From assembly GCA_037917685.1 (NCBI GenBank), contig JAVCBU010000012.1:320001-384000 (forward strand): DNA of 64,000 bases, read 5' to 3'. The notes below the pieces were generated by a model, which ran no database searches, was not told where the DNA came from, and worked only from the letters and a program-made list of their open reading frames with translations. Position 1 is the first letter of the stretch. Each line of letters starts with the position of its first letter. The position numbers were made by a program, and so were the translations under genes. Source of the stretch: Thermoproteota archaeon. Its GTDB lineage: Archaea > Korarchaeota > Korarchaeia > Korarchaeales > JAOZGB01. Of this stretch, positions 10,398-20,006 are shown one piece after another.

Positions 10398-11078
10398 TTG
10401 CCTATGTACCGTGCTATCAGCTTCGACGTAGACGGAACGATTACAGACGAAAAATTACACCTTAACCTCGAAGCTGTGGAGCTTATCAGAAAGCTTGTCT
10501 CTAAAGGCGTAATTATGATTATAAACACTGGGAACGCAACTCCTATTGCCTACTGCCTTGCCAGATATATAGGCTGCAACGGCCCTGTTATTGCTGAGAA
10601 CGGGGGTGTGATAGTTTATAAAGGGTTAGTCCGAATACTTGCTGACAGGAGTCGAGTATTGGACTCCTACGCTGCTCTTAAGAGAATGTTCCCGAACAAG
10701 GTAAAAGAGACCATCACAAACAGGTTTAGACTTGCAGACGTATCCATCAAGACAGATATACCAGTCGAATTAATAGCTAGCTTTCTAAGAGGCACCGGCG
10801 TGGTTGTTTACAATAGTGGGTTTGCGGTTCATTTGATGGATGGAAGATGGGATAAGGGTAAAGCTTTGAGGCTTGCTCTCGAATTTGTAGGTGTCAAGAG
10901 GGAGGAAACAGTTTCGATAGGAGACTCGTTGCTTGATATGGAGATGTTTAAGGCTTCCGGATTTTCCATCGCCCTCGCTAATGCACCAGAAAGATTAAGG
11001 AGCATCGCTGATATGATTGTTGATACCCCAGGGGGCGCCGGCTTCTGTAAGGCTTTAAGATCCCTATTCGGAATTTAA
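10398..11078 (+). CDS. HAD phosphatase (archaeal phosphoglycolate phosphatase, Cof/SPP-like)
   Basis: DVDGTIT, TGN, AENGG, DKG, GDSLLD. Confidence 0.88.
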   Translation: MPMYRAISFDVDGTITDEKLHLNLEAVELIRKLVSKGVIMIINTGNATPIAYCLARYIGCNGPVIAENGGVIVYKGLVRILADRSRVLDSYAALKRMFPNKVKETITNRFRLADVSIKTDIPVELIASFLRGTGVVVYNSGFAVHLMDGRWDKGKALRLALEFVGVKREETVSIGDSLLDMEMFKASGFSIALANAPERLRSIADMIVDTPGGAGFCKALRSLFGI

Positions 11079-11596
11079 CCATTCTTTCCCAATGCTCTAA
11101 TAAGTTCACGGCAGAAGTATGGTAGATCTTCTGGTTTTCTAGATGAGATTAAGTTTTTATCCACCACTACCGGCTGGTCTATGTAACTCGCGCCCGCTAG
11201 CATTACATCATCCTTTATTGCTGGGTGGCAGGTTATCCTTCTACCCTTTAATACTCCGGCTGAGATCAAAACCTGCGGACCATGGCATATGGTGGCCACA
11301 GTTTTGCCAGCAGCCATGAGATTTCTGGTTATCCTAAGGGTTGACATGTCAAGCCTGAGTTTTTCCGGAGACCTACCACCTGGTATAATTAAAGCCTCGT
11401 ATTTCTCGAACTCTACATTCTTAGTAGGTATTTGAGGCATAACGGTATAGCCATGTTTTCCGGATACTACTTTTATCTCGGTTGAGGCAACATCAACAGT
11501 GAAGCCTTCTTCGATAAGTCTGAAATATGGTACGAAGTATTCTATATCTTCAAAGTCTTCTTCGAGAAGTATAAGGATTCTTCTGGTAGATCCCAT
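11075..11596 (-). CDS. pfpI: PfpI/DJ-1 family protein
   Basis: FEDIE, IPGGRSPE, ICHGPQ, SSRKPEDLP. Confidence 0.92.
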   Translation of the reverse strand: MGSTRRILILLEEDFEDIEYFVPYFRLIEEGFTVDVASTEIKVVSGKHGYTVMPQIPTKNVEFEKYEALIIPGGRSPEKLRLDMSTLRITRNLMAAGKTVATICHGPQVLISAGVLKGRRITCHPAIKDDVMLAGASYIDQPVVVDKNLISSRKPEDLPYFCRELIRALGKNG

Positions 11597-11650
11597 CAGT
11601 TATGAGATATTTGAGGAATATTTATTATCGTTTAGATAGAATTAATAATT

Positions 11651-13147
11651 GTGAAAATCAGGGTTCTAATTCTAATAGGAATATTTGTTTGGGCTTTGAT
11701 ACCACTTATTAGAACCTCTAGATGCCAGCTTATATCATGGACTGTTTTACGGGCAAACGTTTACGATGAAACCGATGAATATTGGGTTTTAGGGGAGCAA
11801 AACGATTTGGTACTCTACTTCACAAACTATATTTTCAAAGCAGCTGTGAGAATCTACCTCAATGTGTCGATACATGAAAGTGGATACAATTTCGTGGAGG
11901 TTAGGTTTAACAACAAGGTTGAGGCCTCGCTTAAGGTTGAAGGTCAAACAACTGAGTATTGCATAGATGTTCCTATTGAACATGTAAATAAAGGGAGTAA
12001 TTACGTTCAGTTTCTAACAACCAGGGGAGATGTGAAGGTGAGAATATATAAGACGATACTAATGGGTTATCTTCCTGATCCTGATATTACTACTGTCGAG
12101 TATCCAGCTAAAGTTGAGTATGACGAAGAATTTGTCATTAGAATCGAGGCTATAAATAAGGGAGGCGCCGCTTACGGAATGCTAGAAGTTTCATTCCCCT
12201 ACCTGGGGGTTGAAATAATAGACTATAAATCTTCTATGAATACTAGGTTTTACGAGCCTGGCCACAGCTACTGGGGACCCGAGAAGCTTATGGCATGCTA
12301 CGGGACTGAGGAGGCCACGTTGAGATATCCTATCATAGTGGCTGTCGGGTATTTAAGCAATCAGAGATCCTGCTACCTTGAAGTTAGGCTTCGAATGAAA
12401 AATTGGGGGAGTATCAGGTTTTACACTAAGTTCAAATGCGCCGACTTCAGAGGATACTTTTCACCCGAGCTTAGCGACCCAGAATATAGCAGTGTAAGGG
12501 ATCAACTTAACGAGTACGTTTACTCCTACACCATATCAACATCTGAAATCCAGCCTTCCGGAACGCCACAGCCATCCTATAATGTTATACTGAAATGTGA
12601 AGTTCCCAGCAATTTGCAAGTTAACTCAACATCTTACGCTATACTTACGGTAAAAAACCCTTTTGCAAATCCAGAAACATTTAAGATTGTTCTGAAATCC
12701 TTCAAAAAATCGGATGTTAAGGGAACCTCCGCAACGGTAAGCCTAAACAGTTTTGAAACCAAAACTGTTAACATGAGTTTTACGCCACTTGTAGATGGCT
12801 ATATCACTTTAACATTCCATGTTTACAGGGGGATGAGTAAAATCCAGACGTATCACAAACCAATAAATGTGAAACCAGCCAAGAGCCAAGGTGTGGGTAA
12901 CGCCACGGGGGGAGAAACCGGCAATCAAACCATACCTGGAGGTAATCAGACGGTGCAACAGGGAAATGTTAGTAGCAACAATGTTACCGGTCCGCCCCCA
13001 CCAGTTAACTCTACCACCCCCTATACGACCCCACCCCAGACCCCTGTTGAAACGCCTAGAGAGATCGTCCTTCTAAGGTGGCTTCTCTTAATACTGGTAG
13101 TACTACTTATGGCTACACTGATAGTTTTATTTAGGAGAAGGAGCTAG
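11651..13147 (+). CDS. Cell-surface protein with Ig/CARDB-like domains, P/T-rich linker and C-terminal TM anchor
   Basis: Signal peptide; beta-rich segments; N-x-T sequons and PPPP/TTP linker; LLLILVVLLMATLIVLFRRRS anchor. Confidence 0.7.
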   Translation: MKIRVLILIGIFVWALIPLIRTSRCQLISWTVLRANVYDETDEYWVLGEQNDLVLYFTNYIFKAAVRIYLNVSIHESGYNFVEVRFNNKVEASLKVEGQTTEYCIDVPIEHVNKGSNYVQFLTTRGDVKVRIYKTILMGYLPDPDITTVEYPAKVEYDEEFVIRIEAINKGGAAYGMLEVSFPYLGVEIIDYKSSMNTRFYEPGHSYWGPEKLMACYGTEEATLRYPIIVAVGYLSNQRSCYLEVRLRMKNWGSIRFYTKFKCADFRGYFSPELSDPEYSSVRDQLNEYVYSYTISTSEIQPSGTPQPSYNVILKCEVPSNLQVNSTSYAILTVKNPFANPETFKIVLKSFKKSDVKGTSATVSLNSFETKTVNMSFTPLVDGYITLTFHVYRGMSKIQTYHKPINVKPAKSQGVGNATGGETGNQTIPGGNQTVQQGNVSSNNVTGPPPPVNSTTPYTTPPQTPVETPREIVLLRWLLLILVVLLMATLIVLFRRRS

Positions 13148-14376
13148 CATACTTTGTACTTACCAACGGCTAGATCCATACAGAACTTATCAATTGTGGA
13201 AAGTTCCTTCTCCACTATATCCTTTATTAGCGGGCTTATACCTTTTACATTCACACTTTTCATTGGTACTATCTCAACAGCTGCTAGCTTAGGCTTATTA
13301 ATAGGCACGCCTATCTGACTTAGCAGCCATACGTAGACTTCTTTTACTCCAGACACATTTTTGTATATTTCATCAGCTATTCTAAACGTTAGTATGTTAT
13401 ATATTTTCCCTACGTGACTCACAGGGTTCTTCCCCGCTGCTGCCTCAGATCCCGTAGGCCTGTTCAAAGGTATAACGCCATTTACCATGTTTCCTCTACC
13501 CACCTGGCCACTATCTCCATCCTCAGCTGAAGTGCCAGTAACGGTTAGGTAGAGCCCGCTTATCCCCCTTCCCTTTTCGTCCAATGTGTTAAGGCTGAAT
13601 TCTATTTCAGCATCCCATTCCTCTGCCGCCTTAAACTCTTTAATGTAGTTTTCTATCTCACTTACAACTTCCCCCTTCCTCTTAAAGTATGAATCCTCAT
13701 TCGGAATGTATCGGTCTATCAAAGGCATAGCAATAGTTAAAGTGACTTTTTCCTTAATCCTGCTACACATTATTTTTATATCTTCACCTGTCTCAGGATA
13801 CTGTTTCTTAAATTGAGGACTATTAAGCCAGTTCTCAAGGTTAAAGACAAGTTTTTCCGATTTACTCATTGGGGCATATCCTACTGATGCTGAAGTATCG
13901 TTAGCCCCAAGGATTTCGGATGGACCCCTCTTGAATATGTCTACAAGGGCTGCCGCCCCCTCCTTTATTTCAACCTGGTATTTAACATGCTTTTCCGGAT
14001 CCACAAATCTCAGGTTCTCCCTAATCCATTTCTTTGCGGAGCTTACTGCTATTTCCCCAACCGGTATTTCGTCACCGTTGACTTTGAATGTAGCTCTATC
14101 CCCGAATACTATCAGCATAGGCTGAACTATTTCTCCTCCGCCGAAGCTCACTTTGGCCTTTCCGGCCGCAAGGAGGCCTTTATCGATATTGTGGTGAAAT
14201 ATCCTGCCGTATCTCTTCAGGTATTCTTTTGACAGTTCTATTGAGACTCTATCCATTATTGAGTCACATATGGTGTCAGGATGCCCTTTCCCCTTCCTTT
14301 CAACTATTTCGACAGGCTGTTCGTCCATTGGTAGATTTGCCGCTCTCTTTACAACAATCTCCCCCATCGTAATCAC
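13144..14376 (-). CDS. mat: Archaeal S-adenosylmethionine synthetase
   Basis: VERKGKGHPDTICD, HHNIDK, ANDTS, GEDIKIM, GKNPVSHVGKIYN. Confidence 0.96.
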   Translation of the reverse strand: MITMGEIVVKRAANLPMDEQPVEIVERKGKGHPDTICDSIMDRVSIELSKEYLKRYGRIFHHNIDKGLLAAGKAKVSFGGGEIVQPMLIVFGDRATFKVNGDEIPVGEIAVSSAKKWIRENLRFVDPEKHVKYQVEIKEGAAALVDIFKRGPSEILGANDTSASVGYAPMSKSEKLVFNLENWLNSPQFKKQYPETGEDIKIMCSRIKEKVTLTIAMPLIDRYIPNEDSYFKRKGEVVSEIENYIKEFKAAEEWDAEIEFSLNTLDEKGRGISGLYLTVTGTSAEDGDSGQVGRGNMVNGVIPLNRPTGSEAAAGKNPVSHVGKIYNILTFRIADEIYKNVSGVKEVYVWLLSQIGVPINKPKLAAVEIVPMKSVNVKGISPLIKDIVEKELSTIDKFCMDLAVGKYKVC

Positions 14377-14476
14377 ACTCTGCTTACATCCGGAGTTTAG
14401 TGTTTGAAAAATATAATAATCATCATCTATTTAACCGGATGAAAAGGATTAAACCTTTAACCGTAGAATTCTGAAT

Positions 14477-15922
14477 TTGATGGATACAGACCTAAGGATA
14501 TATGAACACCCCATCCTACATTTTGCAAGAGGGAAAACCGTTTTTTTCACCTTTAATAATATGAAAATAAAAGGATACGATGGAGAATCAATAGCTGCAG
14601 CGCTCTTAGCGGCTGGAATCAGAGTTTTCAGGAGAAGCATGAAGCTTAAGAGACCAAGAGGATTCTACTGTGGAATAGGGAAGTGTTCCTCTTGTCTAAT
14701 GCGTGTAGATGGCATCCCAAACGTTAGAACATGTATTGAGCCCGTAAGGGAGGGGATAACAGTCGAAACACAAACATGGGAACCAGATCTGCCTAGCAAG
14801 ACAGAATTTGATATTGAACGTGAGAAGGTTGATGTCGACATAGCTGTAGTAGGAGGAGGTCCAGCAGGCTTAGAGGCGGCCATTACGGCATCAAAGCTAG
14901 GTGCTTCAGTGGCTATAATAGATGAGAACTATAAGGCTGGCGGCCAGCTTATAAAGCAAACACACAAGTTCTTTGGATCTGCAGAGGCATACGCCGGAGT
15001 CAGAGGTATAAATATAGCTAAGAAGCTTCTATTAGAACTCAGAAAGACTAAGGTACATTGGATAACGGGAAGTAGTGTATTCGCTCATTACCCCGGCTCG
15101 AGCGAAAGTTTACTAGCTTATGGAGGTGGACGTTACTATAAGATTAGGGCCAAGAAAGTGGTATACTCCACCGGTGCTATGGAAAACATGCTATTATTTC
15201 CTAACAATGATCTTCCAGGCGTTTATGGAGCAGGGGGTGTCCAGACAATAATGAACGTATACGGTGTTAAACCGGGCAATGACGCCCTTATAGTAGGGGC
15301 TGGAAATGTCGGTTTAATCCTGGGATATCAGCTTCTTCAGGCTGGAGTCAGGGTTAGAGCTGTTGTAGAGATAATGCCAAAAATCGGTGGATACAAAGTA
15401 CACGCAAACAAGCTTATGAGGCAGGGTGTTCCAATATTAACATCTCACACGATTAAGGAGGTACATGGGAAGGAGTGGGTTGAAGGTGCCACCATTGTTG
15501 AGGTAGATAGCAACTTTAACATGATAAAGGGCAGCGAGAGAAGACTTGACGTTGACCTAGTATGTATAGCTGTTGGATTATCCCCTTCAATCGAGCTTCC
15601 CGCACAGGCCGGGGCAAAAACAGCCTATATTCCAGAGCTTGGTGGATTCGTCCCTATACATGATAGATTTCTAAGGACAAGCCTTGAAAACGTGTATGTT
15701 GCTGGAGACGCCTCTGGAATAGAGGAAGCTACCACAGCAATGTTTGAAGGGAGGATAGCTGGTGCAGAGGCGTCAGCAAGCCTAGGATATGATGCCCAGA
15801 GTGCAAAAACTATAGTAGATGATACAATACACCAGCTTGAAATGTTCAGGAAAAGCCCGTTTAGTAGTAGAGTGGTTAGAGGAAAAATGAAGATTTATAG
15901 AATGATGGGTGATCTTGCATGA
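14477..15922 (+). CDS. pdhA: Dye-linked L-proline dehydrogenase / sarcosine oxidase-like alpha subunit
   Basis: N-terminal 2Fe-2S (RGFYCGIGKCSSC...RTC); GGGPAGL FAD site; GQLIKQTHKFFG; GAGNVGL. Confidence 0.85.
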   Translation: MMDTDLRIYEHPILHFARGKTVFFTFNNMKIKGYDGESIAAALLAAGIRVFRRSMKLKRPRGFYCGIGKCSSCLMRVDGIPNVRTCIEPVREGITVETQTWEPDLPSKTEFDIEREKVDVDIAVVGGGPAGLEAAITASKLGASVAIIDENYKAGGQLIKQTHKFFGSAEAYAGVRGINIAKKLLLELRKTKVHWITGSSVFAHYPGSSESLLAYGGGRYYKIRAKKVVYSTGAMENMLLFPNNDLPGVYGAGGVQTIMNVYGVKPGNDALIVGAGNVGLILGYQLLQAGVRVRAVVEIMPKIGGYKVHANKLMRQGVPILTSHTIKEVHGKEWVEGATIVEVDSNFNMIKGSERRLDVDLVCIAVGLSPSIELPAQAGAKTAYIPELGGFVPIHDRFLRTSLENVYVAGDASGIEEATTAMFEGRIAGAEASASLGYDAQSAKTIVDDTIHQLEMFRKSPFSSRVVRGKMKIYRMMGDLA

Positions 15923-16353
15923 ATGAGTTCATTTTGGCAGCATCCAAGGGACCTAAAGCTCTCATAGAGTGTGATGAAAGCATCCCGTGCGACCCATGTG
16001 TACATGCCTGCCCGGTAAATGCCATAGAGAAGGATAGTCTAGTATCCCCTCCTAGAGTCTTGCTTGAAAAATGCACCGGCTGCTCACTATGTGTAGGGGT
16101 ATGCCCTGGCCTAGCTATCTTTGTGGTTGACTTGTCTGGAGATAAAGGAAAGATCACACTACCCTACGAGTTCCTGCCGGTACCTGAAAAAGACGAAATC
16201 GTGGAGGTTCTAAACTCTCAAGGTAGGAAGCTTGGAATGGGGAAAGTCTTAAGGATTACGGCTGGACGTGAAAAAACTATGTTAGTCACTGTTGAGGTAG
16301 ATAAACGGTACACCCTGAAAGTTAGGAACATTAGGGTGTTGAAAAATGAGTGA
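15919..16353 (+). CDS. 4Fe-4S ferredoxin subunit of the dehydrogenase complex
   Basis: C..IPCDPCVHACP and CTGCSLCVGVCPGLAIF. Confidence 0.85.
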   Translation: MNEFILAASKGPKALIECDESIPCDPCVHACPVNAIEKDSLVSPPRVLLEKCTGCSLCVGVCPGLAIFVVDLSGDKGKITLPYEFLPVPEKDEIVEVLNSQGRKLGMGKVLRITAGREKTMLVTVEVDKRYTLKVRNIRVLKNE

Positions 16354-16624
16354 TGTCATCGTGTGTAGATGTAGGGATGTGACCTTGGAAATGGTTGAGA
16401 AGGCTATAGATGAAGGATATGAGACTGTTGAAGAGCTAAAGAGAAAGCTTAGACTCGGGATGGGCCCATGCCAAGGGAGAACGTGCATGAGGCTACTAGT
16501 AGGAATACTTAGAAGAAAGGCAAGTTTGAAACCTGAAGTCATAAAACAACACAAGATTAGGCCCCCGGTGAGACCCGTTCCAGTAGGTGTATTGGAGGCT
16601 GAGAAGTATGAAGGAGAGGACTAA
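16346..16624 (+). CDS. BFD-like [2Fe-2S] small subunit
   Basis: VCRCRDVT...GMGPCQGRTC, RPPVRPV. Confidence 0.88.
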   Translation: MSDVIVCRCRDVTLEMVEKAIDEGYETVEELKRKLRLGMGPCQGRTCMRLLVGILRRKASLKPEVIKQHKIRPPVRPVPVGVLEAEKYEGED

Positions 16625-17753
16625 AGTGCTGATCATTGGTGGAGGTGTTAATGGGTGCGCGCTAGCCTACTACCTCGCTGAACGGGGAGCCGATGTTACT
16701 CTACTAGAAAGGGGGTATATTGCATGCGGCTCTTCTGGAAGGAACGCTGGGGGGATAAGACAACAATGGAGCACGAGGGAGAACGTTAGACTTGCAATGG
16801 GGAGCGTTAAAATATTTGAGAGGCTTGACGAAGAACTTGGATGTGAGACAGACTATAGACAGGGGGGATATTTAATCCTTGCCCACACGGAGGAGGAGGT
16901 TAAACAGTTCAAGAGAAATGTTTCCATGCAGAGATCGGAGGGGCTTAAGGTCGAGTATCTGGAACAAGATGAGATTAACGACATCGTCCCTGAACTAAAT
17001 GTTGAAGGCATTGGTGCTATAGGCGCTACATGGTGCCCAACAGACGGGCATGCAGACCCTATAAAGGTAACTATTGGCTATGCCGAGGCAGCTATGAAAA
17101 AAGGAGCTCAGATTTACAAGTACACAGAAGTCTTAGGTTTTAGAGTAAAGGATAACGAGATAGTTGAAGTTAAAACAAGCAAGGGGAGCATAAAAACGGA
17201 TTACGTTGTGAATGCAGCAGGAGCCTATTCAAGGGAAATCGCAAAACTTTTGGGGGTACAGCTGCCAAACAAGCCTTACAGGCATGAGATTCTCATAACA
17301 GAGCCTGTAAAACCGTTTTTCACACCTATGATCATATCCTTCCATGACAATTTCTACTTCAGACAGACACCTGAAGGCCAGATTATTGGGGGATGGGGAA
17401 ACCCCAAAGAAGAGCCGGGGTATAATTATGAATCAAGCTTAACCTTCGCTAAGAACATGGCAAGGCTCTTAGCAAGATATATGCCAAAACTCAGACACAT
17501 AAACATTCTTAGACAATGGGCTGGACTCTACGATGTAACTCCTGATGCCCGCCCGATTCTCGGCCCGGTGGAAATGGTTAGAAATTTCATACAAATGAAC
17601 GGTTTCAGCGGCCACGGCTTCATGGTTGCTCCAATGACAGCAACGCTGATTTCACAGCTAATTATGGGTGAAAAGACCACTCTACCCATCGAAAACCTTT
17701 CACTTGAAAGGTTTAGGGGGGAAGTAACAAGAGAGGTCTCAGTTGTGGGCTGA
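16608..17753 (+). CDS. pdhB: Dye-linked L-proline dehydrogenase / sarcosine oxidase-like beta subunit (DAO family)
   Basis: IIGGGVNG, SSGRNAGGIR, WAGLYDVTPD, GFSGHGFM. Start set at ATG 16608 (MKERTK). Confidence 0.85.
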   Translation: MKERTKVLIIGGGVNGCALAYYLAERGADVTLLERGYIACGSSGRNAGGIRQQWSTRENVRLAMGSVKIFERLDEELGCETDYRQGGYLILAHTEEEVKQFKRNVSMQRSEGLKVEYLEQDEINDIVPELNVEGIGAIGATWCPTDGHADPIKVTIGYAEAAMKKGAQIYKYTEVLGFRVKDNEIVEVKTSKGSIKTDYVVNAAGAYSREIAKLLGVQLPNKPYRHEILITEPVKPFFTPMIISFHDNFYFRQTPEGQIIGGWGNPKEEPGYNYESSLTFAKNMARLLARYMPKLRHINILRQWAGLYDVTPDARPILGPVEMVRNFIQMNGFSGHGFMVAPMTATLISQLIMGEKTTLPIENLSLERFRGEVTREVSVVG

Positions 17754-17818
17754 AGCGTTATATCTTTATTTGCAAACACATCTCAATCTATATATTTTAA
17801 TGGAACTGTAACGAGGGT

Positions 17819-18502
17819 GTGTCAATGGAGATAGTGGTAGCCAAAGATGTACAAGAGAGACTAAAAGGAGTCCAGGTAGCCTCTGCCATTATTAGAGGAT
17901 GCAATAACACGCTCAGCAGGCCAAAGGAATTTTACAATGTTGAGTCAGAGGTTGTAAGCTATGTGAGACGAAGATACTCTGAACCACCAGAGATCACAAA
18001 AGACATTAGAATAAGGGTTTATAGAGACTTTTACTGGAAACTTTTAGGTTTAGACCCTACAAAAATAAGACCGGCAAACGAGGCCTTGATTAGACGAGTT
18101 GTCCAGGGGGAATCTATACCAAGCATAAACCTCATAGTGGACCTTTATAATCTTGCAAGCTTAAGAACAGGGTTACCCATGAGTGCCTACGATCTTGACA
18201 AGATAAGGGGTGAGAAGCTCGTAATAAGGTATGCTGATAAAGGCGAGGTTTTCCATCCTATCGGAGGGAACCCTGAGATTTTAACAGGTAATGAACTAGT
18301 AATTTCAGACTCTGAAGGACCTATCAGCATATATCCTTATAGGGACTGCCTAAGAACAAGGGTTGACGGAGACACTTCAAACGTGTTACTCCTTGTTTTT
18401 GGAGTTCCAGGTATTGCTCCGATTACGCTCCTCTGGGGATTAAAATACGCATGTAAGTATATTACGATGTTTACCGGGGGTAGGGCGGAACTGCTGATAT
18501 AG
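17819..18502 (+). CDS. Stand-alone B3/B4 (PheRS-beta editing-like) domain protein
   Basis: YRDFYW..GLDPTKIRPANEALIRR, IN.IVDLYN..S, YDLDKI, YPYRD. Confidence 0.88.
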   Translation: MSMEIVVAKDVQERLKGVQVASAIIRGCNNTLSRPKEFYNVESEVVSYVRRRYSEPPEITKDIRIRVYRDFYWKLLGLDPTKIRPANEALIRRVVQGESIPSINLIVDLYNLASLRTGLPMSAYDLDKIRGEKLVIRYADKGEVFHPIGGNPEILTGNELVISDSEGPISIYPYRDCLRTRVDGDTSNVLLLVFGVPGIAPITLLWGLKYACKYITMFTGGRAELLI

Positions 18503-18511
18503 GGTGATAAT

Positions 18512-19975
18512 ATGGTTAAGAAGCCGAAGCTTTTGCCTCCCAAGTCTAATTTTCCTGAATGGTTAGACTCAGTAATGTTCCTTGCCGAAATTGCCGACTT
18601 CACATATCCCTTAAAGGGTTGTGGTGTATGGCTTCCATTCGGATGGGAACTTAGAAACAACATATTCAACATTATGCGGAGGCTATTAAAGGAAACAGGG
18701 CACGGTGAGGTGTATTTTCCCCTGCTTATCCCCGAGAGCATATTTATGAAAGAGGCTCACTTCATTAAAGGCTTTGAAGACGAGGTTTACTGGGTTACTC
18801 ATGGTGGTTTAAAGGAACTCGACGTTAAACTCGCACTAAGGCCAACCAGCGAAACGCCTATGTATTATATGTTTTCTAAGTGGATAAGGTCTCACGCTGA
18901 CCTTCCATTAAAAGTGTGGCAACTTGTAAACATGTTTAGATATGAAACGAAAGCCACAAGGCCCATGTTCAGGCTGAGAGAGGTGACTTCATTTAAGGAA
19001 GCACATACAGTGCATGCAACGGAGAAGGAAGCGCTAGAACAGGTAGAGCAGGCTATAGAAATATACAAGAGGTTCTTTGACGAGTTATGTATACCATATG
19101 TAATATCGAAGCGGCCACCATACGACAGGTTTCCAGGGGCAAAGGAAAGTATAGCATTTGAAACAATACTTCCTGATGGTAGAACCCTACAGATAGGTAC
19201 TGTCCACTATCTCGGTCAAACATTCTCCAAAGCCTTTGACATAAAATTCTTGGATAGGGATGGGATTGAAAAGTACGCCTATCAAACCTGCTACGGCGTA
19301 TCAGAGAGAGTGGTAGGTAGCGTCATAGCTCTACATGGAGACGACCATGGCCTAGTATTACCTCCAGACATCGCTCCAGTACAGGTTGTAATAGTCCCAA
19401 TAACATTTAAAGAGATTCCTGGTGTCGAAGAATACAGTAAAAAAGTCTATGAAAAGCTGAAGGACCATTTTAGAGTGGAACTCGATCTCAGAGACAAGAG
19501 ACCTGGGGAGAAATATTATCATTGGGAGGTTAGGGGGGTACCTGTTAGAGTTGAAGTAGGACCTGAGGAGATGCGGAGTAGATTAGCAACATTGGTAAGG
19601 AGAGATACGTTAGAAAGGGTAAAGGTAGAGCTAGACAATATAGTTGAAGAAGTTGAAAAACTATTTGACGATATTAAATCTAATATTAGAAACAAGATTA
19701 CCAACTGGTTCAAGGAAATGGTTAAAAGAGCAGAGACATTCTTATCTCTAACAGGAGATAAGAAGGACGTAGTGTATCATCTCATAGACGAAGATGGGGA
19801 ATTTAAAGGGGGAATAGTAGAGATACCCATCTGTGAAAACGTCGAATGTGAAATCAAGATAAGCAGGTTTATCGATATCTTGGGAGAGCCCTGGGATATG
19901 ACTGAAGAGGCAAGGGGGACATGTATCTGTGGAAGACCAGCAAAGAGAATAGTAAGGGTATCAAAACAGTACTAG
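18512..19975 (+). CDS. proS: Prolyl-tRNA synthetase (archaeal type)
   Basis: LALRPTSET, FRYETKATRP..R.RE, QIGTVHYLGQTFSKAF, YQTCYGVSER; C-terminal Zn domain. Confidence 0.97.
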   Translation: MVKKPKLLPPKSNFPEWLDSVMFLAEIADFTYPLKGCGVWLPFGWELRNNIFNIMRRLLKETGHGEVYFPLLIPESIFMKEAHFIKGFEDEVYWVTHGGLKELDVKLALRPTSETPMYYMFSKWIRSHADLPLKVWQLVNMFRYETKATRPMFRLREVTSFKEAHTVHATEKEALEQVEQAIEIYKRFFDELCIPYVISKRPPYDRFPGAKESIAFETILPDGRTLQIGTVHYLGQTFSKAFDIKFLDRDGIEKYAYQTCYGVSERVVGSVIALHGDDHGLVLPPDIAPVQVVIVPITFKEIPGVEEYSKKVYEKLKDHFRVELDLRDKRPGEKYYHWEVRGVPVRVEVGPEEMRSRLATLVRRDTLERVKVELDNIVEEVEKLFDDIKSNIRNKITNWFKEMVKRAETFLSLTGDKKDVVYHLIDEDGEFKGGIVEIPICENVECEIKISRFIDILGEPWDMTEEARGTCICGRPAKRIVRVSKQY

Positions 19976-19984
19976 AAATTTTAG

Positions 19985-20006
19985 GAGAAATAAAAAATAA
20001 GGGAGT
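19985..20006 (-). terminator. T-rich terminator-like tract after the 20007-21260 gene
   Basis: Minus strand reads TAA-ACTCCCTTATTTTTTATTTCTC; the same ACTCCCTT+T-run follows the paralog at 22671. Confidence 0.5.

Noticed and set aside
14387-14465. CATCCGG...CCGGATG inverted pair and TTTAACCG repeats between mat and pdhA
   Set aside because: Only 7-8 bp and widely spaced, so not distinguishable from chance; no riboswitch-like structure is evident.
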